A stretch of 64,000 nucleotides of DNA from a bacterium (GTDB taxonomy: Bacteria; Zhuqueibacterota; Zhuqueibacteria; Residuimicrobiales; Krinioviventaceae). Numbering within the stretch: position 1 is the stretch's first letter; each line of letters starts with the position of its first letter. A program made the position numbers and the translations under genes. This document shows positions 1 through 9,401 of this stretch, one piece after another. The DNA is taken from assembly GCA_963693055.1 (NCBI GenBank), contig OY843751.1, positions 6,080,001-6,144,000 on the forward strand, in the 5' to 3' direction. The notes under the pieces were generated by a model, which saw only the letters and a program-made list of their open reading frames with translations, was not told the DNA's origin and did no database searches.

Positions 1-632
1 CCGCATTGTTTACTGCAATTGCTACAAAAATCATCCAGTTTTACACCACTGATCTGGGCCAAACTCCATACGGCCACTTCACTGTCACCATGTTCCCCAA
101 TAATATATGCATGCACATTTCGTGAATCCACTCTACAATGCTGGCTGAGCAGATAACGAAAACGTGCGCTGTCAAGTGAGGTGCCGGACCCAATTACGCG
201 GTTAACCGGATAATCAGAGAACTTTACTGCCGCATAGGTCAGCACATCAACAGGATTCGACACAACGATCAATATAGCATCCTCTGTGTATTGGGTAATT
301 GAAGGGATAATTTTGCTATAGATTTCCACATTCTTTTTAGTCAAATCCAAACGGGTTTCGCCCGGTTTCTGAGCGGCTCCGGCAGTTATTACCACCACAT
401 CCGCATTTGCACAATCCTCATAATCGCCCGCATAAACATGCGCGGGACGTACATAGGGTAATCCGTGACTCATATCTTCGGCCTGGCCTTCAGCCAAACC
501 CCGATTTTGATCTATTAACACTATTTCAGAAGCCAGTCCCCGCATCAACAATGCATAGGCAAAGGTAGAACCCACCTGACCGGCTCCGACGATACAAACT
601 TTGAGTGAATGTTTACTGATATCATTTTTCAT
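1..632 (-). CDS. ldh: L-lactate dehydrogenase (3' end runs off window)
   Basis: Manual translation from ATG at 632: KVCIVGAGQVG (Rossmann), ITAGAAQKPGETRLDL (Gln specificity residue of LDH), VSNPVD, GTSLDSARF, IIGEHGDSE. Not in the ORF track because it is truncated. Confidence 0.93.
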   Translation of the reverse strand, partial: MKNDISKHSLKVCIVGAGQVGSTFAYALLMRGLASEIVLIDQNRGLAEGQAEDMSHGLPYVRPAHVYAGDYEDCANADVVVITAGAAQKPGETRLDLTKKNVEIYSKIIPSITQYTEDAILIVVSNPVDVLTYAAVKFSDYPVNRVIGSGTSLDSARFRYLLSQHCRVDSRNVHAYIIGEHGDSEVAVWSLAQISGVKLDDFCSNCSKQC

Positions 633-775
633 TATATTTTACCTTTCCGTTTATTCGATCCAGAACCATTACAACAACATTTAAAAGCGCATTAATCCAT
701 TGATTTTATGAACGAAATGCTTGATAGTTTCAAAAAATTCATTAATTTAAATGTTGGTTTTTTAGAGGTAATACT

Positions 776-1396
776 ATGGTACGACTGCATGTAAATCCAA
801 TCAATCCGCAAAAGAGGCACATCGAAAGCACTGCTCAAGTGCTTCGCGAAGGTGGGCTCATTATCTATCCCACAGATACGGTATACGGTCTGGGATGCGA
901 TCTCTATAACAAAAAAGCCGTTGAACGTATTTACCAGATCAAGGGGATGAAAAAAAAGAAAACCCTTAGCTTTATTTGTCCCGATCTGAAAGACATTGCC
1001 CGTTACGCCCATGTATCCACCCCGGCGTACAAGATCATGCGTCGACTGTTACCGGGTCCGTATACATTTATTTTACCGGCCACACGTGAAGTACCTAAAA
1101 TTCTATTGGAAAACAGAAAAACCATCGGTATCCGTGTACCGGACAATACCATCTGCCACGATTTGCTCGATGCTTTTGGCGGTCCTATTATCAGTACCAG
1201 TGCTGCACTACCAGATCAGCCCTACCAGAACGACCCCGATGATATTGAAGACCATTTTCAACACTTTGTAGACATATTTCTGGATGCCGGTGAAGGCGGA
1301 CTTGATCCCTCAACGATATTGGATATGAATGGAGACACCTTTCAGGTCATTCGCGAGGGAAAAGGATATGACAGCGAGGTATTTCGCTCGCTGTAA
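776..1396 (+). CDS. Sua5/YciO/YrdC family protein (threonylcarbamoyl-AMP synthase-like, YciO type)
   Basis: YPTDTVYGLGC, LPGPYTFIL, IGIRVP, STSA motifs. Confidence 0.9.
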   Translation: MVRLHVNPINPQKRHIESTAQVLREGGLIIYPTDTVYGLGCDLYNKKAVERIYQIKGMKKKKTLSFICPDLKDIARYAHVSTPAYKIMRRLLPGPYTFILPATREVPKILLENRKTIGIRVPDNTICHDLLDAFGGPIISTSAALPDQPYQNDPDDIEDHFQHFVDIFLDAGEGGLDPSTILDMNGDTFQVIREGKGYDSEVFRSL

Positions 1397-1876
1397 CTAG
1401 ATCTCTACAATTTCTGCGGTATTGCTTTGGGTATCCCACAATGCCAGGGTACATTTACCGGTCAACCAACCGCATACTTCACCCGGATTCACAACCAGAG
1501 TATCGTTTTCTTTACTCACTTCAATTTCATGAATATGTCCGTATAGTACCAGATCATATTTCTCGGACTTGCGTAAATCATCCATCACAATGGGTGCATG
1601 CAGCATCACAACTTTGCGTCCATCAAGGGTGATCTCGTGCGGTGGATCAAAAATGATCCCTTTAAACATAGAACTGAGCCCCAACCGTTCCCCATCATTG
1701 TTACCGAACACTATTGTTAATGGAGCATCCAGGTTTTTCAATGCCTTGTTCACAAAGGGTGCAACCAAATCACCTGCATGCAGCACATGGTCAACTTTTT
1801 CTTTATTACAAAATTCAACTGCGCGGTGGAGTGCGTCCATATTATCGTGACTGTCGGACATGAGCGCTACTTTCAT
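1397..1876 (-). CDS. Metallophosphoesterase, YfcE/MJ0936 family
   Basis: SDSHDN, HAGD, GNND, GHIH, NPGE motifs. Confidence 0.9.
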   Translation of the reverse strand: MKVALMSDSHDNMDALHRAVEFCNKEKVDHVLHAGDLVAPFVNKALKNLDAPLTIVFGNNDGERLGLSSMFKGIIFDPPHEITLDGRKVVMLHAPIVMDDLRKSEKYDLVLYGHIHEIEVSKENDTLVVNPGEVCGWLTGKCTLALWDTQSNTAEIVEI

Positions 1877-2077
1877 ATTAATTTCCTCAGGTTTATTGTT
1901 TTCTTTATTGCATACAACAACACAGCACGGTGGAATCTTTCAATAAAATATTGAAATAGTGAATATAATATTTATATTACAGAATTGAAAAAAATAATTT
2001 TCCTTTTAACGGATTGATATCATTAACCATAGATAAAAGCCAATAAAGATCAATCGCTACATAAAGATTTTTATAAT

Positions 2078-2097
2078 TAGCCACGGATCAACACGGG
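2078..2097 (+). repeat. 10-nt-period repeat family A, left-type arm (AGCCACGGATCAACACGG)
   Basis: Inverted match to 2651-2681; similar to 5069-5100, 12339-12360 and 42332-42359. Confidence 0.7.
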
Positions 2098-2155
2098 TGA
2101 AAAAACTAAAATCCCAGGTGGTTATGTGACTTGTTCTCATTCATGGAATGAAAGT

Positions 2156-2628
2156 ATGGCTTATTGTAAATCACTTTTAGTTTTATTATGTCTTTTTCTA
2201 ACCTCCTGTGGTAGAGGCTATCTCCTAATCGGGAAGGTTATTTCTGTTCAAAATGTTTCAGAAAGTAAAATAATTGATATTTCTGACAAGATTGAGATTA
2301 CATCAACATCTGATCTTTCAATTGCAGGTAAAATTGATTCAGTCACTGCTTTACTTATAAAAGAGCCCTTTACTCCATTAGGGCATACCAAAGTTCGACA
2401 AATTATTCATCCTAACGCTAATGGCGATTATGATCCTTTAACTCGTCCACAAAAAGCAATTTACACCCAAGATAATGGTTTTTTTTCATTGAAACTTATG
2501 GACCTCCTGTAAAAAAAAGCATTGCAAAACTTGTCGTTCACAAAAAAGGATATAAAAGTTTTGAAACAACATATTGGGATTTTGCTTCAAATAATTCAAT
2601 TTTTATTATTATTTTGGCAATAGAGTAA
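2156..2628 (+). pseudogene. Lipoprotein, frameshifted at a T8 tract (2479-2486)
   Basis: Lipobox LTSC. The ORF stops at 2512; adding one T continues it as FFFIETYGPPVKKSIAKLVVHKKGYKSFE... to TAA 2626-2628. Confidence 0.6.
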
Positions 2629-2650
2629 ATTTAGGATTAAATTGTTTTTT

Positions 2651-2681
2651 ATCCGTGTTAATCCGTGAAAATCTGTGGCTA
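2651..2681 (-). repeat. Repeat family A, right-type arm (ATCCGTGTTA ATCCGTGAAA ATCTGTGGCT)
   Basis: Three 10-nt units; reverse complement of the left-type arms. Confidence 0.75.
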
Positions 2682-2789
2682 AAAATTTTTTAAATTAATA
2701 ATACCTCAAGATCATTGTATTAAATTCATTTTAATGATATAAAGAGAATAATTATAACATCTTGATAAAATAAACCCTGGAGAGCAAGC

Positions 2790-5003
2790 ATGAAACATTT
2801 ATACGCTATACTTTTAATACTTTTCACAGCATTTTCATTATATGCAGTGGTTCCAGGATCGGTAACAGACGATCCCTTTAATCAGGAAGTCCACATACCG
2901 TTTCCACTGGATAATGATGCCGCCAACGACGTCCGCTCGGTTGCGGTCGATATTGACGGTAAAATCTGGGCCGCCACCCGGGATGGCATCTATTCTCTCG
3001 AGTCCGGTACCTGGAAATCCTGGTCCACTGGTGAAAACCAGGGCCCCGCTTATGATATTTCTGTTGCAAAAGACGGCTCTCTCTGGATTGGTGCCTGGAA
3101 CGGTGCATATCTTTTTAAAAATGGCAAGCTCTCCAAAATTGAGGGCATCGACTCGCCGGTTAGCGTGATTCGTGCCTACGACGAGGTGATTGCATTGGGA
3201 CCCAAGGGCCAGTGGAAAATCTCCGGCAACAGCGCAAAGGCACTGAATTGGGATATCGCCTTGTCAACAAGAGACATGATCAAAGATGTGAATAAAGGAT
3301 ATTGGATTAGCACAGATGTCGGTTTGTTTTACAAAACAGAATCCGAGACAAAATTCATACAAAATGTTGAAAACCTAGTGGGTAACGCCCTTACTTCTCT
3401 TGCCTGGTCGCAAGACAATACCTTGTGGATTGGCGGACTGGGTGGTATTACCCTCTATCGGAATGGTGAACGTGTCGGTCACCTGACTCACAAAGAGGGG
3501 TTGATCAGCATTGACGTATATTGTATTGAAACAGCACCCAATGGCGCCATGTGGGTAGGCACAAAACAAGGTATTGCCCGATATAAAGATCTAGAATGGT
3601 CCATGCGTTACAGCCGCAGATGGCTGCTGGACAATGAGGTTCGTGACATTGCTTTTGACTCGGCTGGAAATGCCTGGGTAGCTACTGCCGGGGGTATCAG
3701 CAAAATCGAACGCCGTACAATAACAATGGCGCAAAAAGCCGACTATTACCAGCGTATTCTGGAAGACCGTCACATACGTCCGCCTTATATTGTAGAAAAA
3801 ATAAACTTGCTGTCCCCGGGAGACACCACCAAATGGGAACCCCGCGATGATGACAATGACGGTCAGTACACAAGCATGTACCTGGCCATGGAAAGTTACC
3901 GCTACCAGGTTACCAATAATCCCAAAGCCAAAGACAATGCTAAAAAAGCATTTGATGCTTTGAAATATTTGCAAACCGTAACCGAGACGGATGGATTTTT
4001 CGCCCGCACAGTGGTCCCGGTTGAATGGAACCGCATGATGGATCCCAACCATGTCTTTACTCCGCAGGAACAAGCAGACCGGTTGGTAGACAATGCCCGC
4101 CAGAAATATGTTCCGGAATTGTGGCGACTATCCAGTGACGGCAAATGGTATTGGAAGGGCGATACCAGTAGTGACGAGGTGACCGGTCACATGTATGGCT
4201 ATTTCATTTATTATGATCTCGTTGCAAAATATGATAAAAAAGAAAAGAAACGCGTTGCCGACCATGTCTGTAAAATTGTGGACTATATCATTGATGGCGG
4301 TTACAATTTTATCGATATTGACGGCACCCATACCAAATGGGGTGTTTGGGCACCTGAAAAATTAAACGGTACTCCGGACTGGTCAACGGAGTTATATATA
4401 AACTCTACCGAGCTGCTCTCTTTTCTCAAACTGGCATTTGTTGTCAGTGGTGACAAAAAATACCAGGACAAATATCTGGACCTGATCCACAATCACGGTT
4501 ATCTTGAAAACGCCCGTCACGCGCGTTCAACCAATCCCACATTTATCACCCACATTGATGATGAGTTGTTAGCTTTGGTCTACCCCGTTCTGCTAACGTA
4601 TGAAAAAGATCCCGAGATCCTCAAAGTCTATCGTCAGAGCGTAAACCGCTGGCACCGCACAAACGAAGCGGACAACAGTCCGTATTTCAACTTTACCTAC
4701 GCGGCGCTGACCGGTTACGATCCCAATCTCGATAAATCCATTGCCTACCTGCGTGATGTATCGCTCGATCTGGTGGGTTGGGATATGGACCTGAGCAAGC
4801 GTGAAGATCTGAACATTATCCGTTACCCCGAGTTTGAAAACCAGATGATTGACCGAATGGTCCCCCCCAGTGAACTGATGGTTCTGCGCTGGGACCGGAA
4901 TCCCTGGTACGCCAAACGCGGCTATGGCGGCCGCATTGAAAGCGATGGCGTGTTCTGGCTGCTGCCCTACTGGATGGGCCGCTATTACGGATTGATCAAG
5001 TAG
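2790..5003 (+). CDS. Secreted protein: N-terminal two-component-regulator-type beta-propeller plus C-terminal putative (alpha/alpha)-barrel catalytic domain
   Basis: Signal peptide; repeated D..G.LWIG/VWVAT blades; acidic motifs DDDNDGQYT and KGDTSSDE. Confidence 0.6.
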   Translation: MKHLYAILLILFTAFSLYAVVPGSVTDDPFNQEVHIPFPLDNDAANDVRSVAVDIDGKIWAATRDGIYSLESGTWKSWSTGENQGPAYDISVAKDGSLWIGAWNGAYLFKNGKLSKIEGIDSPVSVIRAYDEVIALGPKGQWKISGNSAKALNWDIALSTRDMIKDVNKGYWISTDVGLFYKTESETKFIQNVENLVGNALTSLAWSQDNTLWIGGLGGITLYRNGERVGHLTHKEGLISIDVYCIETAPNGAMWVGTKQGIARYKDLEWSMRYSRRWLLDNEVRDIAFDSAGNAWVATAGGISKIERRTITMAQKADYYQRILEDRHIRPPYIVEKINLLSPGDTTKWEPRDDDNDGQYTSMYLAMESYRYQVTNNPKAKDNAKKAFDALKYLQTVTETDGFFARTVVPVEWNRMMDPNHVFTPQEQADRLVDNARQKYVPELWRLSSDGKWYWKGDTSSDEVTGHMYGYFIYYDLVAKYDKKEKKRVADHVCKIVDYIIDGGYNFIDIDGTHTKWGVWAPEKLNGTPDWSTELYINSTELLSFLKLAFVVSGDKKYQDKYLDLIHNHGYLENARHARSTNPTFITHIDDELLALVYPVLLTYEKDPEILKVYRQSVNRWHRTNEADNSPYFNFTYAALTGYDPNLDKSIAYLRDVSLDLVGWDMDLSKREDLNIIRYPEFENQMIDRMVPPSELMVLRWDRNPWYAKRGYGGRIESDGVFWLLPYWMGRYYGLIK

Positions 5004-5021
5004 TTAATATTTCGTTTTTTC

Positions 5022-5100
5022 ATTCGTGTCGATCTGTGAGGATCTGTGGCTATTATAAAATTATTTTCAGCCACGGATTGACACAGATCAACACGGATAA
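5022..5100. repeat. Repeat family A, right-type and left-type arms back to back (hairpin)
   Basis: ATTCGTGTCGATCTGTGAGGATCTGTGGCT, a short AT spacer, then AGCCACGGATTGACACAGATCAACACGGAT. Confidence 0.8.
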
Positions 5101-5174
5101 TACCTAAAACAACCTCCTTTGCAGCCTCTGCCGCTTTAGTATTTTTTATCCTTCCTCACATTTTTAAGTGACAA

Positions 5175-5262
5175 GATCGCCGGGTGTCTTTATTCCAGAC
5201 GGAATGATACGACCGGACATGTGTTCGGTTCTTACCAGCTCGGCACTCTGGTACCGGGCGAT
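5175..5262 (+). repeat. Structured repeat family B, copy 1 (internally deleted)
   Basis: GATCGCCGGGTGT...GGAATGATAC.ACCGGACATGTGT.CGGTTCT...CTGGTACCGGGCGAT; shared with 8045 and 12244. Confidence 0.85.
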
Positions 5263-5349
5263 AAAAGTAAAAAATCAGCTTGTAATGATTTGTTTTTTTT
5301 ATTAAACTCTTTTTCAAATTACCAGTAAAACATTAATTTGGATCCCAAA

Positions 5350-6300
5350 ATGTCACTTATATCTATAGTGGTTCCGTTATTAAACGAAGAAACCAATGCA
5401 AATACAATTTATGACCGATGCAGAAATGTATTCCAAAAAATCGAACAAGATTATGAATTTGTAATAATAGATGATGGAAGTACAGATAATACATTAACCG
5501 TTTTAAAAGACCTTGCGGAAACTGACAAAAAAGTCAAGATACTATCATTTTCAAGGAATTTTGGACACCAATCTGCTATAACTGCCGGAATTGATTATGC
5601 CCAGGGTGATGCAGTGGTTATCATTGACGGTGACCTTCAAGATCCTCCGGAATTAATCCCCCAGATGATCGAAAAATGGAAAGAGGGATATCAGGTTGTA
5701 TATGCAAAACGCACAAAACGCAAGGGGGAAACATTTTTTAAAAAAACAACCGCTTCTTTATTTTACAGAACATTCCAATATCTTGCCAACGCACAAATCC
5801 CTCTGGACACTGGTGATTTCAGATTAATGGATAGATCAGTTGTTGATTCTTTAAAAGAACTCAAAGAACGAAACCGATTTATCAGAGGATTGGTTTATTG
5901 GGTAGGGTTCAATCAAATTGGTGTTGAATATGAACGGGATGAAAGAAAAACAGGAGAAAGTAAATATCCCTTGTCAAAAATGGTTCGTTTTGCCAGCAAC
6001 GGTATTTTTTCTTTTTCCGACAAACCACTCAGACTCGCTACAATTATGGGTTTACTTTCTTCAATGCTGGGTTTAATCATGATTTTTTGGGGCCTTTATT
6101 CAAAATTCGTTTTGTCAGATACTACTATACGAGGGTGGACATCAGTCTTTATATCAATTTTGTTCTTAGGCGGAATTCAATTATTTACGCTGGGCATCAT
6201 CGGTGAATATATTAGCAGAATATACGATGAGTTAAAAGCCAGACCCATCTACATTATTCAGGAAAAAATTAATATTCCTACCGGAGATAATAATGAGTAA
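5350..6300 (+). CDS. GT2 polyprenol-phosphate glycosyltransferase (GtrB/YkcC/ArnC-like)
   Basis: IDDGSTD, RNFGHQ, DGDLQDPPE, GDFRL; two C-terminal TM helices. Confidence 0.92.
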   Translation: MSLISIVVPLLNEETNANTIYDRCRNVFQKIEQDYEFVIIDDGSTDNTLTVLKDLAETDKKVKILSFSRNFGHQSAITAGIDYAQGDAVVIIDGDLQDPPELIPQMIEKWKEGYQVVYAKRTKRKGETFFKKTTASLFYRTFQYLANAQIPLDTGDFRLMDRSVVDSLKELKERNRFIRGLVYWVGFNQIGVEYERDERKTGESKYPLSKMVRFASNGIFSFSDKPLRLATIMGLLSSMLGLIMIFWGLYSKFVLSDTTIRGWTSVFISILFLGGIQLFTLGIIGEYISRIYDELKARPIYIIQEKINIPTGDNNE

Positions 6301-8008
6301 AAAAATTGTCGTTCTGTTGACTGTTATTATTCTTGTTAAAATTCTGATTCATATCCCTGTAATAAACTATGGAATGCCCTATTCACTTGGAAATTCCGAT
6401 GAAAATGATTTTATTGGAACAGCTTTAAATTATGGCGCCACGAAATCTCTCAAACCGATCATTACATGGTATCCTGCCTTTTATTCCTATGTCCTGACAG
6501 GAGCCATAGGTATTTACTTTATAATTTTAATGCTAACTGGAGCTATTGCTTCAATAAACGACTTTGCTGTGCATTATCTTTTATATCCCGGATATTTTCA
6601 CATGCTTGGTAGAATTTTGTCATTATTACTCATATCTTTGGCTATTATTTTTATATATTTAACTGGAAAAATTTTAAAAAATGAAAAAACAGGGATATAT
6701 GCCGCTTTTGGTTTAGCATTTTCAAGCATGCTTACCCAAAGAACAATTTGGGCCTTACCTTCAAGTACAATTATTATCACTCTTGTGCTTTCATTATATT
6801 TCCTGGTCCACTTTATTAACAAGCATAAATCTATATATATGGTTTGGGCGGGCCTTTTTTGCGGTTTAGCAATATCAACAAAATACAATGCCGGCCCCTT
6901 TATGCTGGTTGGATTTTTTGCCATTATGCTGTTATTAAAAGAAAAACATGATAATTTTTTATCAATCGCAGTATTCAAAGATTTTTTAAAAACAGCACCC
7001 CTTTATTTGTTTTTTTCTTTTATTGTTATCGGCTTTATTTTAGGGAGTCCTTATTGGATTATTGAATTACAGGAAAATCTTAAGGGCCTTGCTTGGGAAT
7101 TGGGACGCCTGAACGCTGAAAACAGCGGCTCAGACTTTTTTCTCTCTAAAATACCCTATTTATGGATTTTTTCAGAGTTGGTTATCCGCGAAAAAATATT
7201 AGGTTTGACTATGGTTTTAAGCATTTTTTATTCCATATATCTTTTATTCAAAAAAGACAAAACCGCCTTATTATTAACCCCGTTTATTCTAGTCAGCATT
7301 CTGCTAATTGGTAAATACCAAAAGCATTCTTTACATTATATGCTTCCTGTATTCCCTGTTCTTGTACTTTTGTGCGCAACTGTTTTTGATTCATGGATTG
7401 AGAAACAAAAACCTTTAATCAAAAGGCTGACTATAGGATTTATTGTTGTAATCACTTTTTTCCCTTTTCATAATTTTATCACCTATTCGCTATCTCATCT
7501 AAAACAGGATGCTCGTTTACAGGCAAGCAACTGGATTCAAAACAATATACCAACCGGTTCAACTATTGCTGTAGGAAAAACATCTTTTTCTGCCCCCCTA
7601 CCTGATAAAATTCGATTTGAAAAAAAATTCTATTCTTCAATTGGAGAACAGGTAATGGCCCAAAAATTACCTGAAATTCATAAATCATTATACAAAGAAA
7701 ATTTGGATAAAAAGGGGTATAATCTAGTTAATTATATAATCAAGCAATCTGTTGGCAGGACAGGTTCTTTTTCTCAAATGATGAAAGATATTAAAATTTT
7801 ACCATTTGATGATATCATACAGCAAAATGCTGAATATTTAATTGTTTCAAGTATGGATCTGGTATACTATAAAAAAGAAGGGAAAACTTCTTTACTCGAT
7901 TTTCCCGAATACAAAGAACATCTTTTACTTTTAAAATCATTTGCAAAAAAAGATTTAGACCAATTTGTTCAAATATATAAAATTATCCCATACGATCAGC
8001 AAGATTAA
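6293..8008 (+). CDS. GT-C fold membrane glycosyltransferase (ArnT/PMT-like)
   Basis: SDE motif in the first loop, GLAISTKY, many TM segments; ATGAGTAA overlap with the GT2 gene. Confidence 0.8.
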   Translation: MSKKIVVLLTVIILVKILIHIPVINYGMPYSLGNSDENDFIGTALNYGATKSLKPIITWYPAFYSYVLTGAIGIYFIILMLTGAIASINDFAVHYLLYPGYFHMLGRILSLLLISLAIIFIYLTGKILKNEKTGIYAAFGLAFSSMLTQRTIWALPSSTIIITLVLSLYFLVHFINKHKSIYMVWAGLFCGLAISTKYNAGPFMLVGFFAIMLLLKEKHDNFLSIAVFKDFLKTAPLYLFFSFIVIGFILGSPYWIIELQENLKGLAWELGRLNAENSGSDFFLSKIPYLWIFSELVIREKILGLTMVLSIFYSIYLLFKKDKTALLLTPFILVSILLIGKYQKHSLHYMLPVFPVLVLLCATVFDSWIEKQKPLIKRLTIGFIVVITFFPFHNFITYSLSHLKQDARLQASNWIQNNIPTGSTIAVGKTSFSAPLPDKIRFEKKFYSSIGEQVMAQKLPEIHKSLYKENLDKKGYNLVNYIIKQSVGRTGSFSQMMKDIKILPFDDIIQQNAEYLIVSSMDLVYYKKEGKTSLLDFPEYKEHLLLLKSFAKKDLDQFVQIYKIIPYDQQD

Positions 8009-8044
8009 GTAAAACATATTTTAAAAGTCGCAATTTAATTCTAT

Positions 8045-8263
8045 GATCGCCGGGTGTATTTACGCCCGGCGGAATGATACCACCGGACATGTGTCCGGTT
8101 CTCTGGGACGAATGTCCGGTATTAAATCCGCCCGGACCCTGAGTTCTCACTCGTCCGCTGTCGCTTTGCGGACGAGTGAGAGTATCGAAGGGCCGGGAAG
8201 AAAAACAATATGAATATGATCTCCAATTATGATTTCAGCCAGGTAACCAAATACCAGGCGATC
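8045..8263 (+). repeat. Structured repeat family B, copy 2, with a nested ~110-bp insert
   Basis: Termini GATCGCCGGGT...ACCAGGCGATC; the insert contains a perfect 14-bp stem 8145-8158/8168-8181. Confidence 0.85.
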
Positions 8264-8353
8264 AAGGTACAACTATCAGACCCCTGACAAGGCCTTCGCT
8301 TAACTCATCAACCCTGACAATACCATTATCTTTCAATTAGCATTCAAATCTAA

Positions 8354-8430
8354 ATGTCCCGTTAGGGACAAAATATTTATAGAACTGTAAAAATGAGAAT
8401 TCGCATGCCGTCAGGTATGCAATATTGTAG
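8354..8430 (+). repeat. REP-like palindrome pair, family C (TGTCCCGTTAGGGACA; GCATGCCGTCAGGTATGC)
   Basis: Two short hairpins, each followed by AATATT(N)1-3TAGA; architecture resembles REP doublets. Confidence 0.55.
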
Positions 8431-8576
8431 AGTTTTATCATATATAAATAGTATCATATGACCAGAGGAGAAAAAGAAATTTATAAAACCCCCTAAAAAT
8501 ACAACGGAGCGTCAGATCATTAATAAATTTGGTGATCTGTCATTCTGAAAGTAATAAAAGGGAAATATAAAAGCAA

Positions 8577-9401
8577 CTAATTGTTCTTTGAAAGATTCAA
8601 CTGACTCCTTTGATTTTTAATTTTATCAGGCAAAAGATCAACATATTGTTGTATGACACGTTTGGAAAGTCTTGCCAGCTGGCTGATTTGATCAAGGTTT
8701 TTAATGTCATGCTTCCAAAGTAATTCAACACGATGGTAATCTTTGATATACCTGTCAACCGCTTCGTTGCTGTGTTTGGTTTTCAAAGCGATTTCGGGAG
8801 TGAGATATCCCTCAAGATACAGAGTGATAATTTCGCGTTTATGAGTAATAGCGCCGGAAAGATCATGGATGTTGCCACGCGTTGGTAAGAGATGCCCTTC
8901 TTTTTGGATTTCATTTACATATTTACTGACAACGGCATCACAGACACCGAGTAACATAGCCAGGTCAAGTTGAGTAAGCAGAGCACCTTGATCAAAAGCT
9001 TCATCAACCCAACGTTTGAGGCGTCTTTTCCTTAAAGTTTTGGAATCAAAACCATGCGCGATATGAGAAGTATCCTGATCAGTAATGAAAGAGAGGACAA
9101 CGGGTTTCATTCGGGTAGCGGCAATACTTTTTCCGCGTTTGGGGTATTCATCGACAGGAACAGCCATCCAGACGAGTTGCCCATAGTGAATATGGTGCAA
9201 GTCATCATCAATAGAGGAGACAAGGAAATAGTCATCAATGATTTTAAGGATATCATCAATGATGGCATTGGCAGTGATGGCTCCTTTGTCATAGCCATAG
9301 CTATTCAAAAAGTTGTACAGTAGTAACTGCTTGAGATCTTTATCTTTAAGTCGTCTCATTTTTTTGAGTTGAATTTGTTCTTTAGTCAAAGGTTTACTCA
9401 T
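8577..9401 (-). CDS. DUF1670-like protein B (HTH-containing)
   Basis: EAFDQGALLTQLDLAMLLGV, PTRG..HD, THKREII.LYLEG, KHS...VDRY; start 9401 with GGAGG RBS overlaps the stop of paralogue A. Confidence 0.75.
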   Translation of the reverse strand: MSKPLTKEQIQLKKMRRLKDKDLKQLLLYNFLNSYGYDKGAITANAIIDDILKIIDDYFLVSSIDDDLHHIHYGQLVWMAVPVDEYPKRGKSIAATRMKPVVLSFITDQDTSHIAHGFDSKTLRKRRLKRWVDEAFDQGALLTQLDLAMLLGVCDAVVSKYVNEIQKEGHLLPTRGNIHDLSGAITHKREIITLYLEGYLTPEIALKTKHSNEAVDRYIKDYHRVELLWKHDIKNLDQISQLARLSKRVIQQYVDLLPDKIKNQRSQLNLSKNN

